From positions 124,001 to 188,000 of the IMG/VR virus record IMGVR_UViG_3300037882_003354: DNA of 64,000 nucleotides; one strand, 5' to 3'. The notes beneath the pieces were generated by a model. That model made no database searches. It was not told the origin of the DNA and saw only the letters and a list, made by a program, of their open reading frames with translations. Below are positions 62,101-64,000 of this stretch, piece by piece. Each line of letters begins with the position of its first letter. Position 1 is the first letter of the stretch. The position numbers were made by a program, and so were the translations under genes.

Positions 62101-64000
62101 CGCCGGTGGTGTTACTGCGCAGTGAATCGGAACCCAGGGCAATATTACCGAATCCCGCAGTGTTTAAGGTCATGGCCAGACTTCCAATGGCTATATTTTT
62201 ACAGCCAGCGGTGTTGCTACACAATGCACGTTTGCCTATGGCCGTGTTTTCATTGCCATGTGTATTTCTGAACAGTGCTCGCTCACCAATGGCTATATTG
62301 TCGCAGCCGGTGACATTGCCGTAGAGTGCTCGGTATCCCTGGGCCACATTGTTGTTGCCGAGAGTGTTCAGTGCCAGAGACTGGTGCCCCTGGGCAATGT
62401 TATTGACACCTGTGGTATTGCTGCATAATGTGCATGCACCGATGGCCACATTGCGGTTGCCCTGGGTATTGGCAGTTAAAGCCTGATGACCCAGTGCTGT
62501 GTTAAACGAACCTTGGACGTTGGATTTTAACGAGTTGCATCCAATGGCTATGTTGTGTGATCCTGTTGTGTTGGCTGTTAGACCATAGGCTCCCAGTGCC
62601 ACGTTGCCACCGCCGTCGGTGTTGCTGACCAATGCGCATCTGCCCAGCACCAGGTTGTCCTGGCCGGTCTGCGTCATGTTACCCGAGCAAAAGCCCACAC
62701 TGATGTTGCCTAGGTTTGATGTGGTATATGCATACACCGCGCCCAGTACCACTGGTGTGGCTGCTGTGGATGTGCTACCAGCACCCCCTCCAGTAAATGG
62801 GCTACCGTTGATGTATAATCCGGTGTCATCAACCTTGATACGCTCGGTGGTCCCTGCACCAATCAACACCGTGCCCACGCAATCAGCAGCGGCTGGCAGA
62901 CTGCCAATCACAGTGTTGTTCACACCAGTGGTTATGGAACAGCCTGCCAGGGCGCCCACGGCTAGGTTGCCGCCGGTGGCATTGGCATTAAAGAGTGCGC
63001 GGCATCCCACGGCTGTGCTGTTGCAGCCAGTGGTGTTGCTTTTGAGTGCCCAGGTGCCCAGGGCTGTATTATTGTCACCAACAGTGTTGCTGCACATGGC
63101 TCGATAACCCTGTGCAACGTTGAAATTACCATCCCTATTTTTGTGTAGCGCATCGTAACCGATGGCCACGTTCAAGTTGCCAGTGGAGTTGCACCTCAGT
63201 GCATTTGCACCCAGGGCCACGTTGGCTTGGCCCGTGGTGTTGTCCAAGAGGGCATTCCAGCCCACAGCCACGTTAGATTGACCCGTGGTGTTGTTGTAGA
63301 GTGCACCGTAGCCCAGCGCAGTGTTCTGACTGCCAATGGTGTTTTCGCGCAGTGTACCGGCACCCACGGCTGTATTTTCCACTCCCACAGTGTTAGCGTA
63401 GAGTGCCCTGCTGCCCACAGCCACGTTGTCGTAGCCATTGGTGTTGCTGTAGAGTGCTGTGTAACCCTGGGCCGTGTTGCCCACGCCGGTGGTGTTGCCG
63501 TAGAGTGCTTGATAACCCTGGGCAGTATTGTTAATACCGCTGGTGTTGTTGGCCAGCGCGGCATTGCCCACGGCTATGTTGTTGTAGCCGGTGGTGTTGC
63601 CGTAGAGTGCATTCATACCTAGAGCAGTGTTGCCGGTGCCCATGGTGTTGTTGGTAAGTGCCGCCCGTCCAATGGCTGTATTGCCGTATCCTGCTGTGTT
63701 GCAGGTGAGTGCGCGATCGCCCACAGCAGTGTTCTGGCAACCGGTGGTGTTACGGTAGAGTGCACCGTAGCCCTGAGCTGTGTTATTACAGCCGGTGGTG
63801 TTGCAGAACAGTGCCAGTGTACCCTGAGCGGTGTTATTACAGCCGGTGGTATTTTTACACAGCGCCATGGCTCCCAGGGCCGTGTTGCATTGGCCAAAGG
63901 TATTACCATAGAGTGCTTGATGGCCCACGGCTACATTATAACAACCAGTGGTGTTGCATTTGAGTGCCAGTGATCCAATGGCCAGATTGCAACTGCCCAG
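59165..64000 (-). CDS. giant tail fibre / adhesin with NTTGxxNTAxG repeats and S74 chaperone (5' end beyond window)
   Basis: frame stays open to 64000; SDGNLKDNI, GVIAQE+E..LPELV, V.Y..LI..LIEA.K. Confidence 0.85.
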   Translation of the reverse strand: MGSCNLAIGSLALKCNTTGCYNVAVGHQALYGNTFGQCNTALGAMALCKNTTGCNNTAQGTLALFCNTTGCNNTAQGYGALYRNTTGCQNTAVGDRALTCNTAGYGNTAIGRAALTNNTMGTGNTALGMNALYGNTTGYNNIAVGNAALANNTSGINNTAQGYQALYGNTTGVGNTAQGYTALYSNTNGYDNVAVGSRALYANTVGVENTAVGAGTLRENTIGSQNTALGYGALYNNTTGQSNVAVGWNALLDNTTGQANVALGANALRCNSTGNLNVAIGYDALHKNRDGNFNVAQGYRAMCSNTVGDNNTALGTWALKSNTTGCNSTAVGCRALFNANATGGNLAVGALAGCSITTGVNNTVIGSLPAAADCVGTVLIGAGTTERIKVDDTGLYINGSPFTGGGAGSTSTAATPVVLGAVYAYTTSNLGNISVGFCSGNMTQTGQDNLVLGRCALVSNTDGGGNVALGAYGLTANTTGSHNIAIGCNSLKSNVQGSFNTALGHQALTANTQGNRNVAIGACTLCSNTTGVNNIAQGHQSLALNTLGNNNVAQGYRALYGNVTGCDNIAIGERALFRNTHGNENTAIGKRALCSNTAGCKNIAIGSLAMTLNTAGFGNIALGSDSLRSNTTGDNNVAIGNSALYSNTLGSLNSALGYQALLNNTAGERNVAIGYGALSSNTTGGTNTAVGAQALGRNTAGDLNTAHGYAALQNNTTGSGNTAQGYTALYGNTTGCVNVAIGTCSLFYGACNRCAVAVGVGALKCSNALSNIGIGFNAACNLTTGFKNTVIGSLPATPGLTCTLLIGAGTCERLRVDDAGLYINGGLLSGLTPQAQTMLLGTVYACTPIGPPHASGQPAPNVSLGYCAGHQGTSNCQNIAVGTYALLNTVSGGNNIALGAGSLFCNQSGSYNVAVGIQTSHFHGGDYNVTMGWCALYGRLGANNTGRSNVAVGSRALGHNTYGSDNVAIGADAMINSYGGCYNIGMGPTALSNNSGSYNIAIGLSALANNTTGCCNTAIGILAMAAGANAGCGNIALGFKTLYGNTQGIHNVALGTCALFNNTTGDGNVAVGLETLSCNTTGYQNTAIGYLALRNNLMGFRNTAIGTLALQSNTTGCYNTAVGALALNANRGGDSNTAFGASALLSNTDGTNNTSQGFNSLYHNTTGSYNTAQGVGALCCNITGNTNTAVGHRALNLNTGGSNNTAQGNSALNNNTTGCNNTAQGHSALYNNTRGCFNTAVGTCALYSNTIGCANVAIGSCALSKNTTGCCNTAVGMGALESNISGSFNTAVGTCALRNNLGGSSNTAMGYGSLHLNCGNYNTAVGVSSLQNNTTGYSNTAVGADSLYENTTGYGNTAQGHSTLIVNTTGKRNTAQGYAALYNNTIGCNNTAQGYAALYGNTTGYNNVAIGYQAGQGITTGTNNTVIGSLSGDPGLSNTVLIGAGITERIKVDGSGLYVNGSLFTGSGSSTVTNDTATNASYYPTMSSATTGTLTTAYISTSKLSFNPSTGQLTVVDLNSTSDGNLKDNIETIQHPMMVINSLRGVGFNWRDTARKSYGVIAQEIEQTLPELVHTNPENFKTVNYLPLIAFLIEAAKQQQAQIDALVEKLS

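Noticed and set aside
56528-64000. Diversity-generating retroelement target or ice-nucleation protein
   Set aside because: No reverse transcriptase or adenine-specific TR/VR pair seen; repeat period is 14 aa with an S74 chaperone, not the 16-aa AGYGST repeat
1-64000. Stop-codon reassignment, tRNA or rRNA genes
   Set aside because: Core genes are full length in the standard code with TAA, TGA and TAG used as stops; no cloverleaf or rRNA-like segment recognised by eye (tRNAscan/Infernal not run)

Overview
64 kb of a large T4-like (contractile-tailed) dsDNA phage genome; no bacterial housekeeping loci, tRNA, rRNA or CRISPR array seen. Five parts: (1) 1-12.3 kb, a visibly GC-richer, + strand early/host-takeover region of about 37 small genes driven by at least 22 repeated sigma70-type promoters (TTGACA-N16-18-TATAAT), including two paralogous AAA+ ATPases and a SprT-like protease; (2) 12.3-13.5 kb, a largely non-coding repeat region; (3) 15-29 kb, replication/recombination genes (helicase, primase, a miniature DnaE-like protein, UvsW, UvsY, UvsX, gp32) interrupted by ADP-heptose pathway genes; (4) 29-47 kb, morphogenesis genes (terminase, gp4, tail tube, sheath, neck, gp15-like); (5) 47.8-64 kb, an operon of glycosyltransferases, sulfotransferases, APS kinase, carbamoyltransferase and a GmhB-like phosphatase directly downstream of two giant repeat tail-fibre genes. 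Most notable: a genome-wide leaderless-mRNA architecture (start codon 5-8 nt after the -10 or late TAAATA box) with always-in-frame dual starts in the early cassettes; a putative virion polyprotein built from cassettes delimited by a conserved QG(M/V)(S/A)EG repeat; and a candidate heptose/sulfate/carbamoyl fibre-decoration system. All calls come from reading motifs by eye; no database searches were run.
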